A stretch of 62,980 nt of DNA, the filler included, from Craspedostauros australis (Eukaryota): NCBI GenBank assembly GCA_030167865.1. It is 6 parts of 6 records of this genome, joined end to end, with 100 filler letters (N's around TTAATTAATTAA, not from the genome) between each part and the next. Parts side by side here need not be neighbours in the genome. Positions count along the whole stretch, not along the records: positions 32,264 to 44,534 come from JALAGF010005931.1; positions 44,635 to 52,347 come from JALAGF010005932.1; 4 more parts are not named here. One strand, written 5' to 3'. Both the position numbers and the translations under genes were made by a program. Shown piece by piece: positions 36,635 to 48,439 of the stretch (the stretch's first letter is position 1; each line of letters begins with the position of its first letter). Under the pieces are notes generated by a model. It was not told the origin of the DNA, ran no database searches, and worked only from the letters and a program-made list of their open reading frames with translations.

Positions 36635-37688
36635 TCAATAAACACCGAAGTACTGGCGCGCTGTGGCTGCGTCATCATCATCCATTGCATCGACGTCGCC
36701 GTCATCCTCGACGTCCGTTGCGGATTCTGCTGAAGAATGTTGCCGTTGCCGAATCAATGCCAGAGTCTCGTCCACTTCTGGGAACCGTTTGGTCTCGAAA
36801 CGCTCGAACACGACATCTCGGTTGTATGCAATGGTCTGCAAGGGGTGTGGGTAGAATAGGCCGTTAGGTTGGTGAGCAAATGAGCAACGAAGCAAGCACG
36901 GTGTGAGTACTCTTGTGCGCAGTTCCTCCACGCCCGATTTCATTTCAATACATAACGTTCCGGTGACAACAACGTACGAATTGACCACCACGATACGGTG
37001 GCGGACTCGGGATCAGCGTCAGCCACTGCACATCAGTCTCGTGCCTCGTCTCGCCATGAAAGATCTCGTCCAACCCGATTTCTTGCAAAAGGTAGGCCGC
37101 ACGTTGCAGCCATCGACAGCCGGTGCAGTACGTGATGGAGACATCCGCCATGTTGCGATGCAAGATCTGCGGCTGATCACCACGTTGCGTGGACGTTGGC
37201 GTTGGTGCGCACGTCACGCAGTTGTCATCGGAATGACCCAAATGACGCTGCGGTGCCACAACATCTCGGATGGCTTGCTTCATGGTCTTCGTCGATGGCA
37301 TGTCCGTGGCGTTGTGCAATACGATGGTCGAATCCAACGACGATAGCTTCATCGTGAATAGAGATTGTTGTTGGTGATGTGCGGGCACAGCCACGACGAT
37401 GGCATCCAATTCGCCCTTATCAAAGGTCGTGAGCAGCTCCTGCGCGAACCATAGGCTCTGCAAGAGTTGTGAAATGCGAGATTGTGCGTTGATGCCATCT
37501 TGAGTTGCGGTCGCGCTTCTGCGCAAGTGCGATTGTATGGTGAGGACGTTGGCATCAGGGATTTGGGCGATGTTGGATCCTTGCAGGATCGATGGCGGAC
37601 GCGTGGATCGGTGAGCGCCGTGGAAGGCATCGCACGGTAGGATGCCCATCCATGTGGCTGTGATGAGAAGGAGGATGTGTCGCGTCAT
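36635..37688 (-). CDS. Tandem Rdx (SelW/SelT/SelH-like) thioredoxin-fold protein, 2 exons, predicted plastid-targeted
   Basis: Domain 1: WFAQELLTTF...KQAIRDVVAPQRHLGHSD. Domain 2: VSITYCTGCRWLQRAAY...GGQF|TIAYNRDVVFER...RFPE after intron 36836-36977 (GTACGT...CTAAC...TTGCAG). Signal peptide + CDA-F. Confidence 0.8.
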
Positions 37689-39555
37689 GATGTAGTGCAG
37701 AGCAATGCGAGTGGGGATGTGCACACGTATTACATCTGGTTGAATTCTCAGAGGAGTGCTGTACTTCTTTGGGCGGAAGTGATTGCCCTGTTGTGGATGG
37801 AGCTGTGGTCTTTGTGCTGAAAGGATTCTGATTGCGAGGAAGATCGTTGATGGGACTACCGCATTCATAACCTCCGATCTACAATAGCATCTCATTTACA
37901 CTCCATACTTCTGCACGCAACAAGTTCCTATTTACGCTCTATCTTCCATCCATTATTTACCAAGATGTATCTTATATCTCCGAAGCGAAATTGATGTGAC
38001 GAAATGGAGAGTTTCGCAACCAACCAAGGACGATTGTGTCTGTACCTGTCGGACGATTTTCATTGTCCGTTTCGGATGATGCATTGATTGGTGTGATTGG
38101 TTGGGACTTGTTGTGTTGTTGTGGATTCTTGATGTTGAGGCTTTGCGTTTCTGTTGGTCTGTCTTGATATATAGTGTGGGCTTCAATAGTTCCACCGTTT
38201 TTGTCATGAGTCATCTAAGGCTTAAGTTGACAGCTTGTCTCGTGTCAACGCCGCGAGAAGTGATATGACCAATCTACGACCTCGCTTGGTTGAGGTACTT
38301 GCGATAGGCTAATTTCTGCCTCCAACGAAAGGCAAAGAAGAACAAGAAAGGCGGAGACGCGAGCGTGTGCAAGCGGTCACAGACAGCAGCGACCATGTTG
38401 ATCCTGACACGCAACGGGGCACCAACAACAACCACAAGAACAGAAGCAAGAACACCAACAAGAACGAAAGGGACGACGAGACCAGCGAGGAATCACGAAG
38501 TAGGCACGTCGCCAATGATCATTCGAAGCACGAACAGGCACGAGACACAGTGAGAGAGAGAGAGAGAAGAAGACAGCGAGCATCCGCACCAAAGAGTTGC
38601 CCGGATTGCATCGTATCCGCATTCGCAGTCTCCATTGCCATTGTGACCGCATCAGCATCCTCGATACACGCCAACAAGCAGCAATAGACGCAGACGCAAA
38701 AGATCGTCGCAAGGCGAGATCCGAAGCACAACGATCATCACATCCTCGTCTCGTCTCATCGCCACGTCGCGCCAACACAAGACGAAGAAAGCCCGACGAT
38801 CGCGGCTTTGCGCCACCCCACTCGGCTTCGTTTCCCTGCGTTGCCTGCGAGGACTACGATTAGCATCGTGTCAGACATGGCAGATTAAATTCGCGTTTTG
38901 TCATCACCAGTATCGCATTCATCCACACAGAGCCAATGCCCACAAAGCAACGTCAAACCAAAAGCGGAAGCGAGAAAGACTCCCGCGCAACAGAACGCAG
39001 ACCAAATCAGGGATTGGCCTTGTGGGGACGCTCCACGCTGCTGGCATTCTCACCACACTCCTGCTCTTCTTTGCGACAAAGACACTCGCACGACTACTCG
39101 CATTGAGAGAGACAGCATCGCTGGACAACTGGCCACCACACAATACCACCGCACTCTTGACATCTCGCCCTCCACTGGCACGCATGCTGCTGCTGTCATA
39201 CCCACAGTACTAGTCGTATACTACACGAGCTATCGGAACATACAGCCCACCAGTACTCGTCATTGACCAGGACAGCAAGCACAGCCACAATCACAACCAC
39301 ATCACGCTGCTATACTCACACTGGCTCGCACCAGTACCACGTTAATACAAGGGCCTTCGACAACCACAACCATCGCCAGTGTCTCCACAACCATCGCCAA
39401 GGATCAAACGCCATCACCGTCGCCTGATCACGCTCCATCTGGTGTGCCTCTTCGTATTGTTCACATCCTGATACATCACATTACATCATATCGCAATCCT
39501 CCACATACCATCACATACTCCACATACTCCACATACCATACATACGCCGAGCAAC

Positions 39556-41379
39556 ATGACAGAAGCACAGATGGAGCGACCGCGGAGAGTGTCACGATCG
39601 GTGTCCACATCAGAGGCCGATCGCAGACGACCCCGCAGCAAGAGCAAGTCCAGACGCTCCGGCAGGCAGATCAGCACGCGCTCCTCGGGGACGACTGCCT
39701 CTGCATCCACCGATCCATTCAACACCACCAGCACCAGCAAGGGCAAGGGCCACTCGCGCAGAGGCACCAGAACGATCGGCGGCGGCAGAAGCAGCAACGG
39801 CGAGGCGCGAAAGAGAGGCAAAAGCCCGCTGCGCAACGTCATCAACCCTTCGGCGTCCAGCACGTCCCTGGCGTCCGTCTCGTCGTCTCCCCTGCACTGC
39901 GGTGAGCCTCCGCGGGCTTCCACCTCCTCTCTGCCCATCTCTAAATCGCAGAACAACATGATGACACCCCTGAGGAACAAGCAGAGCAGGCATACCAACG
40001 AGAGACCGACCTCTGCGTCCAACATCAGCATCGATTCGCACATCGCCCTCAATCTCATCACGAAGAACATCCGCAACATCCGCAGGGATCAGGACGGCCA
40101 CCTCATCAAGGGCTTCGATACGCGCGGCTTCGACGACCTCGACATCGAAAGCAAGGCCTACGCCAAGACGGTCGCCAGCGCTGGCACGGACAAGACCTCC
40201 CTCATGAGCTCCCTCGCACCGTCCGTCGACAGCAAGTCGCCAAGGCAGAAGCCGCCCATGAAGGGACGCAAACCAACCGCATCGTCAGATGCCATCCAAC
40301 GACAATCGCGCCGAGGCCATGCGCGTTCGAACAGTAATGATGGATTCTCCGAACATAGATCGTCGCATCGATCGTCACGCGCCCCATGTACAAGCGCGCA
40401 TCGCAGAACGGCGCGTGTCAACGAGCTTGCACAAAGCACGAGCAGCAGCAGCCTCTCCAAACGCGGCAGCTCGTCGCATCGACCGCGACGCAGCAACACG
40501 CGCAGTCCTTCGTTGCGCCAACGCAGAACGATGTCGAAGTCATCGCATCGACCGCCCACAAACAAGAATGCGTCGTGGGACAACAAGGCGCGCGATACGT
40601 CCAAGGAGATCTTGCATATGCTCGATGATTTGCAAGATAAGCCGTCGAAGCAACGGCGCAACAATGGCATGGAGGCACAGCAGCAGCTTCGCAATGAAGA
40701 CGACGCGGACAGCGATATTGATGATGATTTGGGCAGCCTCCCGCAGTTCATTGGGGACATACACAGCGACGATGACGTGTCCTCCATCGGATACGGTTCC
40801 ATCGTCGCCAACGTGCGCAAGCAGGAGCTGGCCAAATCGAAGCATCAGCGTCCACGATCCGAGAAGGCGCCGCGGCAGCAAGAACAGACGGACAACCAAG
40901 ACAACCTGCGAGAAACCGTGCTCGAGGTCTTGAATCTGCTGCTCATCAGCAAATCGGATCACCAAAAGCAGCAGGCACCGGACGAAGGCGACGATGATAT
41001 CGACGATGACATCGAACCGCAGCGACGTTCCCGACGCGAACGGTCCCATTCCAAACGCCGCAGCAAGTCCAAGTCCCGTCGTCGCACTGAGTCGCAACAC
41101 CGTCGCACCGAGTCACAACATCGCCGATCGTCGATGGGACATCGTCCAAAGTCCAAATCGCGTCGCGGACGTCGCGCATCCGTCAACGTCGCGACCTTCT
41201 CCGATTCGTCGTTCGATTTCGACACCGAATGGAACAACACCGTGCTGTCGCCCACGACGGCCCAACAGCGCATGCAGGTCGACCGCGCGTTGGATATGTC
41301 GAAGCATACCGGCAAACCACCCCGCATCTTCAAGGAAAACTCCATTTTAAATTTTGAACCGGAGGCTTGGGGGAAATGA
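39556..41379 (+). CDS. Disordered Ser/Arg/Lys-rich hypothetical protein
   Basis: 607-aa ORF with coding-like GC3, RSKSKSRR repeats and a duplicated RRTESQH. Confidence 0.7.
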   Translation: MTEAQMERPRRVSRSVSTSEADRRRPRSKSKSRRSGRQISTRSSGTTASASTDPFNTTSTSKGKGHSRRGTRTIGGGRSSNGEARKRGKSPLRNVINPSASSTSLASVSSSPLHCGEPPRASTSSLPISKSQNNMMTPLRNKQSRHTNERPTSASNISIDSHIALNLITKNIRNIRRDQDGHLIKGFDTRGFDDLDIESKAYAKTVASAGTDKTSLMSSLAPSVDSKSPRQKPPMKGRKPTASSDAIQRQSRRGHARSNSNDGFSEHRSSHRSSRAPCTSAHRRTARVNELAQSTSSSSLSKRGSSSHRPRRSNTRSPSLRQRRTMSKSSHRPPTNKNASWDNKARDTSKEILHMLDDLQDKPSKQRRNNGMEAQQQLRNEDDADSDIDDDLGSLPQFIGDIHSDDDVSSIGYGSIVANVRKQELAKSKHQRPRSEKAPRQQEQTDNQDNLRETVLEVLNLLLISKSDHQKQQAPDEGDDDIDDDIEPQRRSRRERSHSKRRSKSKSRRRTESQHRRTESQHRRSSMGHRPKSKSRRGRRASVNVATFSDSSFDFDTEWNNTVLSPTTAQQRMQVDRALDMSKHTGKPPRIFKENSILNFEPEAWGK

Positions 41380-41867
41380 GATCGAACCTTGTTCATATAT
41401 TATAATGCTCTAATCATGATCATGTAACAGAGTGAATAGTTCCCTGACGAGTGTCGCTCTAGCGACAATGGATTCCCTCAACGCGGTCAAGCTCCACAGT
41501 ACTCTGGTCTGTCTAGCTTCTAAAGTCGGAGTCATTTCAAACTTCGCCGAGGTTGCACTCTGGTCGTGGATGCTACCTCTTTGGTAATTCCCAAACTGCA
41601 ACAGTACGCTTGATAATTTCATTTTCATTTCTGCGACGAGTCCTGCAGAGAAGAAGTCTTGATGAAAATTCTGGCGAAGCGACAGTCGTATGCGACATAC
41701 AGCAACCCAAAGTGGTGTTGGTGGCAGTTTCAACACGATCAAAGTGCCAGGCCCAAGGGCAATCACCACACCATTTGCAAAAGCGCGCAAAGAAAGTTCG
41801 TGCACGGAAGTCTCCAATTCATCATCACACCTCATTTCGATTCAGAGCTGCACATACCAATAGAACC

Positions 41868-44138
41868 ATGGATGTCCTGAATCACTTGCAACAGGCCGAT
41901 GATCTGGCTGCGCCCAAGAAGAGCAGCAAGAAGCCCAAGAAACGCAGCAAATCATCATCGCGTTCGAAGAATCGGTCCAAATCGCGGTCCAAGAGTCGAT
42001 CGAAGAGTCGTTCGAAATCTCCTTCGCGCAAATCGTCGTCGTCGAAACGACGCAAGCAAAAGAAGGCGGAGTTCATAGAACAGCTCAATGCGGAGACCCA
42101 TGATGAGGTTGAGGTGACAGCTGAGACGGTGATTGTGTCGTCCGATGATGACCTTCGAGACGAGGGAAAGGATGCCGCGAAGGATGCCGTCGATGAGGCA
42201 ACTGATGAGGCAGTCAAAGAGGACAATGATGATAGTGACAAAGATGCGGCACACCAACAATCCCAACAAGCCCAAGAAGAAGCAGAAGAAGAGGATGATG
42301 CTGACAACGATATGAAACGATCTGAACGAAAGGCCAAATCCATGCGCGTGTTCACCACGACCAGCTACGAACTTCTCGAGGATGATGCCCAAGCAGAAAC
42401 GCCCAGTTCCGACAGCCAGGATGCAGACACGACCGAAGACAAAACGGAAGCTCCTCGCAAACCCATGTCTCTGCGATTGCCGCTGCGCAGCCGCTCGTCC
42501 GATAGTCTGATCGATGACAAAACCAAACGACGCGGCCGCTCCAAGAGTCGCAAGGACTCGAAGAATAAAACGAAATCGCGCTCATCCTCTTTGGGTAAGA
42601 TCCTCTCGTCGAGCAGAAAATCCAACAGCAATCATTCCAGCGAGAGCAGCAAGAAGAAGAAAAAGAAGAAGGCAACCAAGAAGTCAGCGCTCTCTCAGTC
42701 CTTGCGTGTCTTTCGCAAGTCCCATTCGGATGATGGCGCATCCACAAATGAACAAAGTCCGACCGACACTCCAGCACAGCAACCCACGAAACAACGATCG
42801 TTCAAACTGCCGTTGCGTTCGTTGTCGGATCGTGTCGTACGTGCCGTTGTGCCATCGCGTTCTCATAGTGGCAGCAGCAACGATTCTTTGAGTGATAACA
42901 AGAAGAAGAAGACCCTGTCGCTGGGCAAGCGCATGAAGAAGGTGGGTCAATCGTTGCGACGCAAAGCATCGTCCAAATCCGATGATGAAGCAATCCAGGA
43001 AGAAGACGGACAGCCACCAGCTGGGAATCAGAAGGACGCGCAGCAACCGGATGGCGTCGAGGCGAAGACTGCTGGCAACGAGGATGTCAACAGCAAAGAT
43101 GATGCCGAGAAACAGCTTGCTGATAAGCCCAGTGCGAAGGGCGAAGACGCTGATACCGACGATGGGGCCAAGCAACAATCACCGAATGAACCCAGCCAAT
43201 CCGAAACACCACGCGCCAAAGATGAGCCAGAAAAACTCAAAAAGTCTGTTCGATTCCTGCAACCAACGCAAACGGGTGGACAGCTCACAACGGAGAAGAA
43301 GAAATCTTCCAAAAAGTCATCCAAGAAATCGTCGTCGAAGAAGTCATCCAATGGTGGTGATTATGAGGTTGCGCTGAAATCATCCTCATCTTCGAAGAAG
43401 TCCAAAAAGCGGTCCAAGAAATCATCCACCAAATCCAACGATCGGGCGGCCGCTGCCATTCAACGTCGTGCCGTGCGTGAGGAAGCATTGAAACAGAACC
43501 AACAGCAGGGAGAAGAGGGGGAGGAAAAGAAGCAGGAGCAGAAACAAGAGAGTGCTGAAGTCGCTTCGCGGGAGGAGACGGATGCGGGTAAGAATGCAAA
43601 TACTCCCGCCGTTGATGAGCAGCTGCAACCACAAGACCAACAGAAGAAGCCTGTTGACGAAGACGACAACAACGATGATGCAACGAAGAATGCCATCAGT
43701 CAAGACAAGGATATCTCGTCTCTGGAACCAGCACCACCGTCCAGGAAAGATCCAGAAGAGCAAACATCGGAAAATCACCAGGCACTGGATCCATTCGAGC
43801 TCGAGAACGCAGAGAGTGAAGAATTTGAGATCGGATTGAACGACGTGAACGACTATGCCAACAATCAAGATGAGAATGAAGCGTCCGCATCCGCCGTGGA
43901 ACTGTCGCAGTCCAATCATAGCAACAGTGACACCGACACTGATGATGAACAAGCGGAAGACATGGAAAATTCGGCATCCGCCCTCTCCTTTCCAACACGA
44001 TCTCAAGACTCAGAAGAACAAGCTGATGAGGAGGACGGTGATGGCCACGAAGATGATGGCCACGAAGATGATGAACCTGACGAAGACGACTTGGACGAAC
44101 ATGATCCATCCTTCTCATCAGTTAGGATTCGTGCGTAG
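41868..44138 (+). CDS. Disordered Lys/Ser-rich then Asp/Glu-rich hypothetical protein
   Basis: Long ORF 41553-44138; the likely ATG is 41868 (MDVLNHL). (RSKS)n, poly-K and an acidic tail. Confidence 0.7.
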   Translation: MDVLNHLQQADDLAAPKKSSKKPKKRSKSSSRSKNRSKSRSKSRSKSRSKSPSRKSSSSKRRKQKKAEFIEQLNAETHDEVEVTAETVIVSSDDDLRDEGKDAAKDAVDEATDEAVKEDNDDSDKDAAHQQSQQAQEEAEEEDDADNDMKRSERKAKSMRVFTTTSYELLEDDAQAETPSSDSQDADTTEDKTEAPRKPMSLRLPLRSRSSDSLIDDKTKRRGRSKSRKDSKNKTKSRSSSLGKILSSSRKSNSNHSSESSKKKKKKKATKKSALSQSLRVFRKSHSDDGASTNEQSPTDTPAQQPTKQRSFKLPLRSLSDRVVRAVVPSRSHSGSSNDSLSDNKKKKTLSLGKRMKKVGQSLRRKASSKSDDEAIQEEDGQPPAGNQKDAQQPDGVEAKTAGNEDVNSKDDAEKQLADKPSAKGEDADTDDGAKQQSPNEPSQSETPRAKDEPEKLKKSVRFLQPTQTGGQLTTEKKKSSKKSSKKSSSKKSSNGGDYEVALKSSSSSKKSKKRSKKSSTKSNDRAAAAIQRRAVREEALKQNQQQGEEGEEKKQEQKQESAEVASREETDAGKNANTPAVDEQLQPQDQQKKPVDEDDNNDDATKNAISQDKDISSLEPAPPSRKDPEEQTSENHQALDPFELENAESEEFEIGLNDVNDYANNQDENEASASAVELSQSNHSNSDTDTDDEQAEDMENSASALSFPTRSQDSEEQADEEDGDGHEDDGHEDDEPDEDDLDEHDPSFSSVRIRA

Positions 44139-44655
44139 GCGTCGCGAATCGGTGGAGAATGCCTCGTGAATCTGCCGGCTTCGGGATAGCCGTGTGATGC
44201 AGTTCAAGAGAGGTGTGCTGTTTGAATAGTTATAACTTGTAACGATGAGAAGTAGAGTGCTTTGTAGCTAATCCTTGTCCGTTATTATGAGTTAGCTTAT
44301 TGGTGTTAGTAGGGTGAAGAAACGATGCCACACAACTTGGCGAGACCCTGCACTGATGCACTTGATTCAGTGCANNNNNNNNNNNNNNNNNNNNNNNNNN
44401 NTTGCTCTCCGCACATGTAGTTACACTGCAGTGTAGGTCATGACAATCAGTGGTGACGGTCATGAAGCAGTGGCTGTGGCTGAAGCTGACACTCGGATTC
44501 CATTGCTTGAGTTGAAGCAAGTTGGATACGCATGNNNNNNNNNNNNNNNNNNNNNNNNNNNNNNNNNNNNNNNNNNNNTTAATTAATTAANNNNNNNNNN
44601 NNNNNNNNNNNNNNNNNNNNNNNNNNNNNNNNNNACACAAAGCAAGATCACTTAC

Positions 44656-45732
44656 GCTGTTGTATTTGCGATTCTTGTACGGCCCTCTCCAAGCACCCCT
44701 CCCACGACCGTAGGAGGTGTGTTGCGTGCGGCTGTCTGCACGTTGCTTTGCCCGGATTGCCTCGATTTGTGACAATCGTCGTGCATTGGCAATCAGCACG
44801 CTGTTCAAATCACGCGCTGGTGGCTTTTTGCTGGCAAGCGACGTGCCTTCTCCACCGTGCTGGCTGACTTGCGCTGATCCTCCGCCAGTGCCAGCGATGG
44901 ACGAAGAAAGCGTACTGCTGCTCGCCATACTGGAGACTCGGCTGTGTGTCTCCGATTCATGAGATTTCAACACATCGTCTGCGTCGCCATGCCACGTTAT
45001 GCTTCCCTTCTGAGCGTAGGGGTTGCGGGTAATCGTGGTGTTGGTGGAGGCAGAACTCTGCGTTACCTGGCGCTGATCGTTCGGGAATGCACCATCATCC
45101 TTCATCAGACCAATCCGGCTGTCCCGCATTCCCAAATCGGCCGTCGCGCCTTGGTGTTTCTTGGCACACCGCTTCATGTGAGCAACACGGTGCTTGATCT
45201 GCAGCAGCGACTTGCCACATATGAAGCAGATGCTGTCCTCGCGGTGTGCGTCGTAGTCGGTGCTGCTGCTGCCATTGGCAGTTGCTGTCTTCGTGATGGT
45301 CACGGTGTGGAAATCAACCGGAGTCGTCTGTATGGGTGGAGTGCGTGCGTGTGCATTGACATTGGCAGGTCCGGCTTTGCAAAGTGCTGAATCTGTTGTC
45401 CCATCCTCAGTATCATCCAACCGTCCATCTTTGTTGTTGCTGTCTTCCACGTCGAAGCTGCCTTGTGTGCAATGAATGTCGTCGCCGCCCTCGCTGCCGC
45501 AGCAAATCACGCTGGCATCATCGGCACCAGCAGCATGAACATGAGCAGTGCCACCCGCATCCTCCTCAGGAGCTGAAGACAGCAGATCGATCATGTCTAC
45601 TGTGTTCGTTGGTGCTGCATCGGAACTCTGCGCTGTGTCAACTGCGTCGCAACATGCATCGCACACAGGTGCGTCGGCCAACGCGATGAATCGACGAACG
45701 CAGAGACCGCATTCTTTGATACGTCGCACCAT
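44656..45732 (-). CDS. 5' exon of a zinc-finger protein (UBZ-like CxxC...HxxxC), possibly the N-terminus of an SNM1A/PSO2-like DNA-repair protein; truncated by a linker
   Basis: CGLC..CDAC at the N-terminus, CFICGKSLLQIKHRVAHMKRCAKKH and an RG-rich end. GTAAGT donor at 44655 just before the gap. No catalytic domain is visible. Confidence 0.45.
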
Positions 45733-46129
45733 CAAATGGATGCTTGTTGATCCGTCATCGATGGACGGACGCAATGGCAATACGCAAATGGAGCATCACT
45801 CTTTCGTTTTGACATTCAACCTGCTGCGCTGATGAGTACGTGTTGTTGTTGTTGTTGTCTTTGTTGCTCTTATTCAGGTTGAGGCGTTGGGTTGGCATCA
45901 ATTCTTGATTCGTGTTTTGGTGGTTGTATTAGCGCTACGTAACATTCGGTATGACAATTTACGCTAAATATATGTACAATTTCAATCTGTTTTACAGCTA
46001 TTTCGCGATCAACAGATTTACCAAGCACTTTCAAGTCTACGACGGTTGTGTAGATTTTGTAGACTTTGCAATCTTGAAGTTGTAATCCGCAAGCTTAGCT
46101 TACCAGCGCTCTGCATCAACAATACCTCT

Positions 46130-48439
46130 CTAAATGATGAGCGGAATATCGCAGAATGTGCCCTCGAAGAAGGTGTCCGAGCAGTCGCAGCCATTCACCA
46201 CGGTGCATGTGCCACCGTTCTTGCAAATACTGGCGTCGCTGCAATCAAAGATACCGCAAGTCTCTCCGATGTAGCCTGCCGTGCAATTGCAGGATCCATC
46301 AGCATTGCACGAGGTCGCTTTGTTGAAGCAGATTTGGTCGGATTCGAGGCAAAGGTGAATCTGGCACAGAACGCCCACGAAGGACCCTTCGCAGTCGCAT
46401 ACTCCCGTGGTCGCATCGCAGATTCCGCCATTCTGACATGGCTCGTCCAAGCAGGATGCTTCCTTCTCGCACAGGGCGCCGGTCGTCGCGGTCACTGGTG
46501 AGAGGCATTCGCATTTACCGTCGTTGCAAGCGAGGTCGTTGAAGCACGCGTTGGTGACGGCATCGCATACCTCACAAAGGAAACGTGAATCGATCGGTTG
46601 TCCCACGCTGTAGTCCTGCGCAGTGACTGATCCGCGTCGGAACCAGCTGAGGCCTGTGGGCGTGGCCACGTTGGAAGGCGTGGCGAGATCCACCGTCGAC
46701 GAGAGGTACAATGGCACGGACTGGAAGTCGTTGGCCAGCAGGATGTGAAACGACTCATCTCGAAAGGCTTCGGCGAGCTCCTGCGACGTAGCCAAGCGGT
46801 TGGAATCCATGATCATCCAACGGCGGCCGTTGAACATGACGAGCTCGTGTAGGTGGGGATAATCGGTGACGTATTCGTCGATGTACACAGGACGATGATT
46901 GACTCTCACGGGCGTGGTGGTGTTCGTCGACTCATCTCTATAATCCAGTCGGATGAACGTCTCGGAAAGGAAGATGAAGGTGCTGGAAAATGACCTCGTT
47001 CTGGAATCAATGCCAATGGCGGGACAAACATCATCGAATTCGCACCGTTCACCGAACTGGCTGTCATCGCAAATGCATCGGTCGTTGTGGCAGGGTCCGT
47101 TGCAATTCCCGCTGCCGCACGTCACGCATTGCATGTAGAAATGATCAACCGGCACTTCGAGAGAGCTGAGGATGTTCTGCTTCGTGCCGAACGTTCGGAT
47201 CTTCCAGTCGGAGGCGCTGCTGAGCCTCAGGAGGTTGAAGGTCTCCGTTTGTTTTGAAATCATGAGGTAGTCGTCGCAGATTTGGTCAACGCTTGTGGCG
47301 TCCGCGTAGTCCATGACCTGAAAGACCCACGCCTTGTGCTTGTGACAGTATCGGAAGTACGATGCCAGATCTCCCTCATACTCACGAGAGATGTATACTT
47401 GGCGTCCGTCAAGGTGATGGGTGCCCTTCTTGACGAATGTTCCGCTGTGAGTCGGAAGTGTGGCATGGTAGGCGTCTCCGAATTGCACGAGGATGGATTT
47501 GCATATATAGTAGCCGCTGAACTGTTGGACGATGATGTGACACCAACCGCCGAGCATACCCAGAAGAGTAAAGGTCATGATGATTCTATGGAGAGGGTAC
47601 CGGCGTTTCTGGATTGGAACCCGCTGCTCGTCGACAAGCTTGCAAGTATCCCGGATCGACTCCTCAAAGAATCCCTGCAGCCCGAGCTCGAAGAAGACGT
47701 CGTCAATCTCGGAGATGAAGGCCAGCGCGGCGAAGTTGAGAAAGATCTCGATGACGGAGCTGCTGCGGACGACGAGGACGAAGATGACGGCAAGGAATGC
47801 CGATCCGACCAGGAGCTGCGCAATGTAGGCAATCATCCACGTGGTGAACGTCGCATCCGGAAGCCGGTTTGTGATGCTGGGATCATATCCCGCGTGCAGC
47901 ATCTGGATGGATTGCTTGAGATCGTTCTGGACGGCCACCGCGAGAATGAGCGCCAGCCCCTGTGCAGCGCGGATGGTGCCGACCACATCTTCTGGCACCT
48001 TCAACGGATTCTTCTCGTTGTCCATGTCGATGAGATCGACGAGAGCGAGCGAGATCATGGCGGCCTGGAACATGAAAACGATGGTCGCGAAGGTGAAGCT
48101 GTTGCTATCGAGCGCGGCGAGGAACATGACGCTGTACAGATTGTGCGGCAGTTCTTTCAGTTCGATGACTGACTCTCGCCTGTTGTGCTTGCGTCGTGAT
48201 ATGGTTGCAGCCATGACTTCGTCTTCAGGCGTGTTGTCGTTTGCCCCGTCGAGGAAGGCATTGGTCTCATCAGCGTTGCGGGTGCTTAAATCTCTAAGCT
48301 CAAGGCTACCTCCTCCATCCGGAGCTCCTTCGTCGTGAACAGGAGTCTCTGGTTCATCTCCGTTTGAACGCGAGACGATGGACACTCCCGTGCTCATTTC
48401 AACTTCGGCAGCTGGTGTTGCTTCTGTTGTTGGATTCAT
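46130..48439 (-). CDS. Diatom-type multi-pass membrane protein with extracellular EGF-like repeats
   Basis: Several TM helices with SSSVIEIFLNFAALAFISEIDDVFFELG, then EGF repeats (CQNGGICD..CDC..FVG..C; CKNGGTC). Likely start MNPTT at 48439; the ORF is open to 48811. Confidence 0.8.
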   Translation of the reverse strand: MNPTTEATPAAEVEMSTGVSIVSRSNGDEPETPVHDEGAPDGGGSLELRDLSTRNADETNAFLDGANDNTPEDEVMAATISRRKHNRRESVIELKELPHNLYSVMFLAALDSNSFTFATIVFMFQAAMISLALVDLIDMDNEKNPLKVPEDVVGTIRAAQGLALILAVAVQNDLKQSIQMLHAGYDPSITNRLPDATFTTWMIAYIAQLLVGSAFLAVIFVLVVRSSSVIEIFLNFAALAFISEIDDVFFELGLQGFFEESIRDTCKLVDEQRVPIQKRRYPLHRIIMTFTLLGMLGGWCHIIVQQFSGYYICKSILVQFGDAYHATLPTHSGTFVKKGTHHLDGRQVYISREYEGDLASYFRYCHKHKAWVFQVMDYADATSVDQICDDYLMISKQTETFNLLRLSSASDWKIRTFGTKQNILSSLEVPVDHFYMQCVTCGSGNCNGPCHNDRCICDDSQFGERCEFDDVCPAIGIDSRTRSFSSTFIFLSETFIRLDYRDESTNTTTPVRVNHRPVYIDEYVTDYPHLHELVMFNGRRWMIMDSNRLATSQELAEAFRDESFHILLANDFQSVPLYLSSTVDLATPSNVATPTGLSWFRRGSVTAQDYSVGQPIDSRFLCEVCDAVTNACFNDLACNDGKCECLSPVTATTGALCEKEASCLDEPCQNGGICDATTGVCDCEGSFVGVLCQIHLCLESDQICFNKATSCNADGSCNCTAGYIGETCGIFDCSDASICKNGGTCTVVNGCDCSDTFFEGTFCDIPLII

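Noticed and set aside
36635..36637. TGA as selenocysteine in the SelW-like gene
   Set aside because: The TGA is at the C-terminus after an acidic tail, not in the redox motif, which is CTGC.
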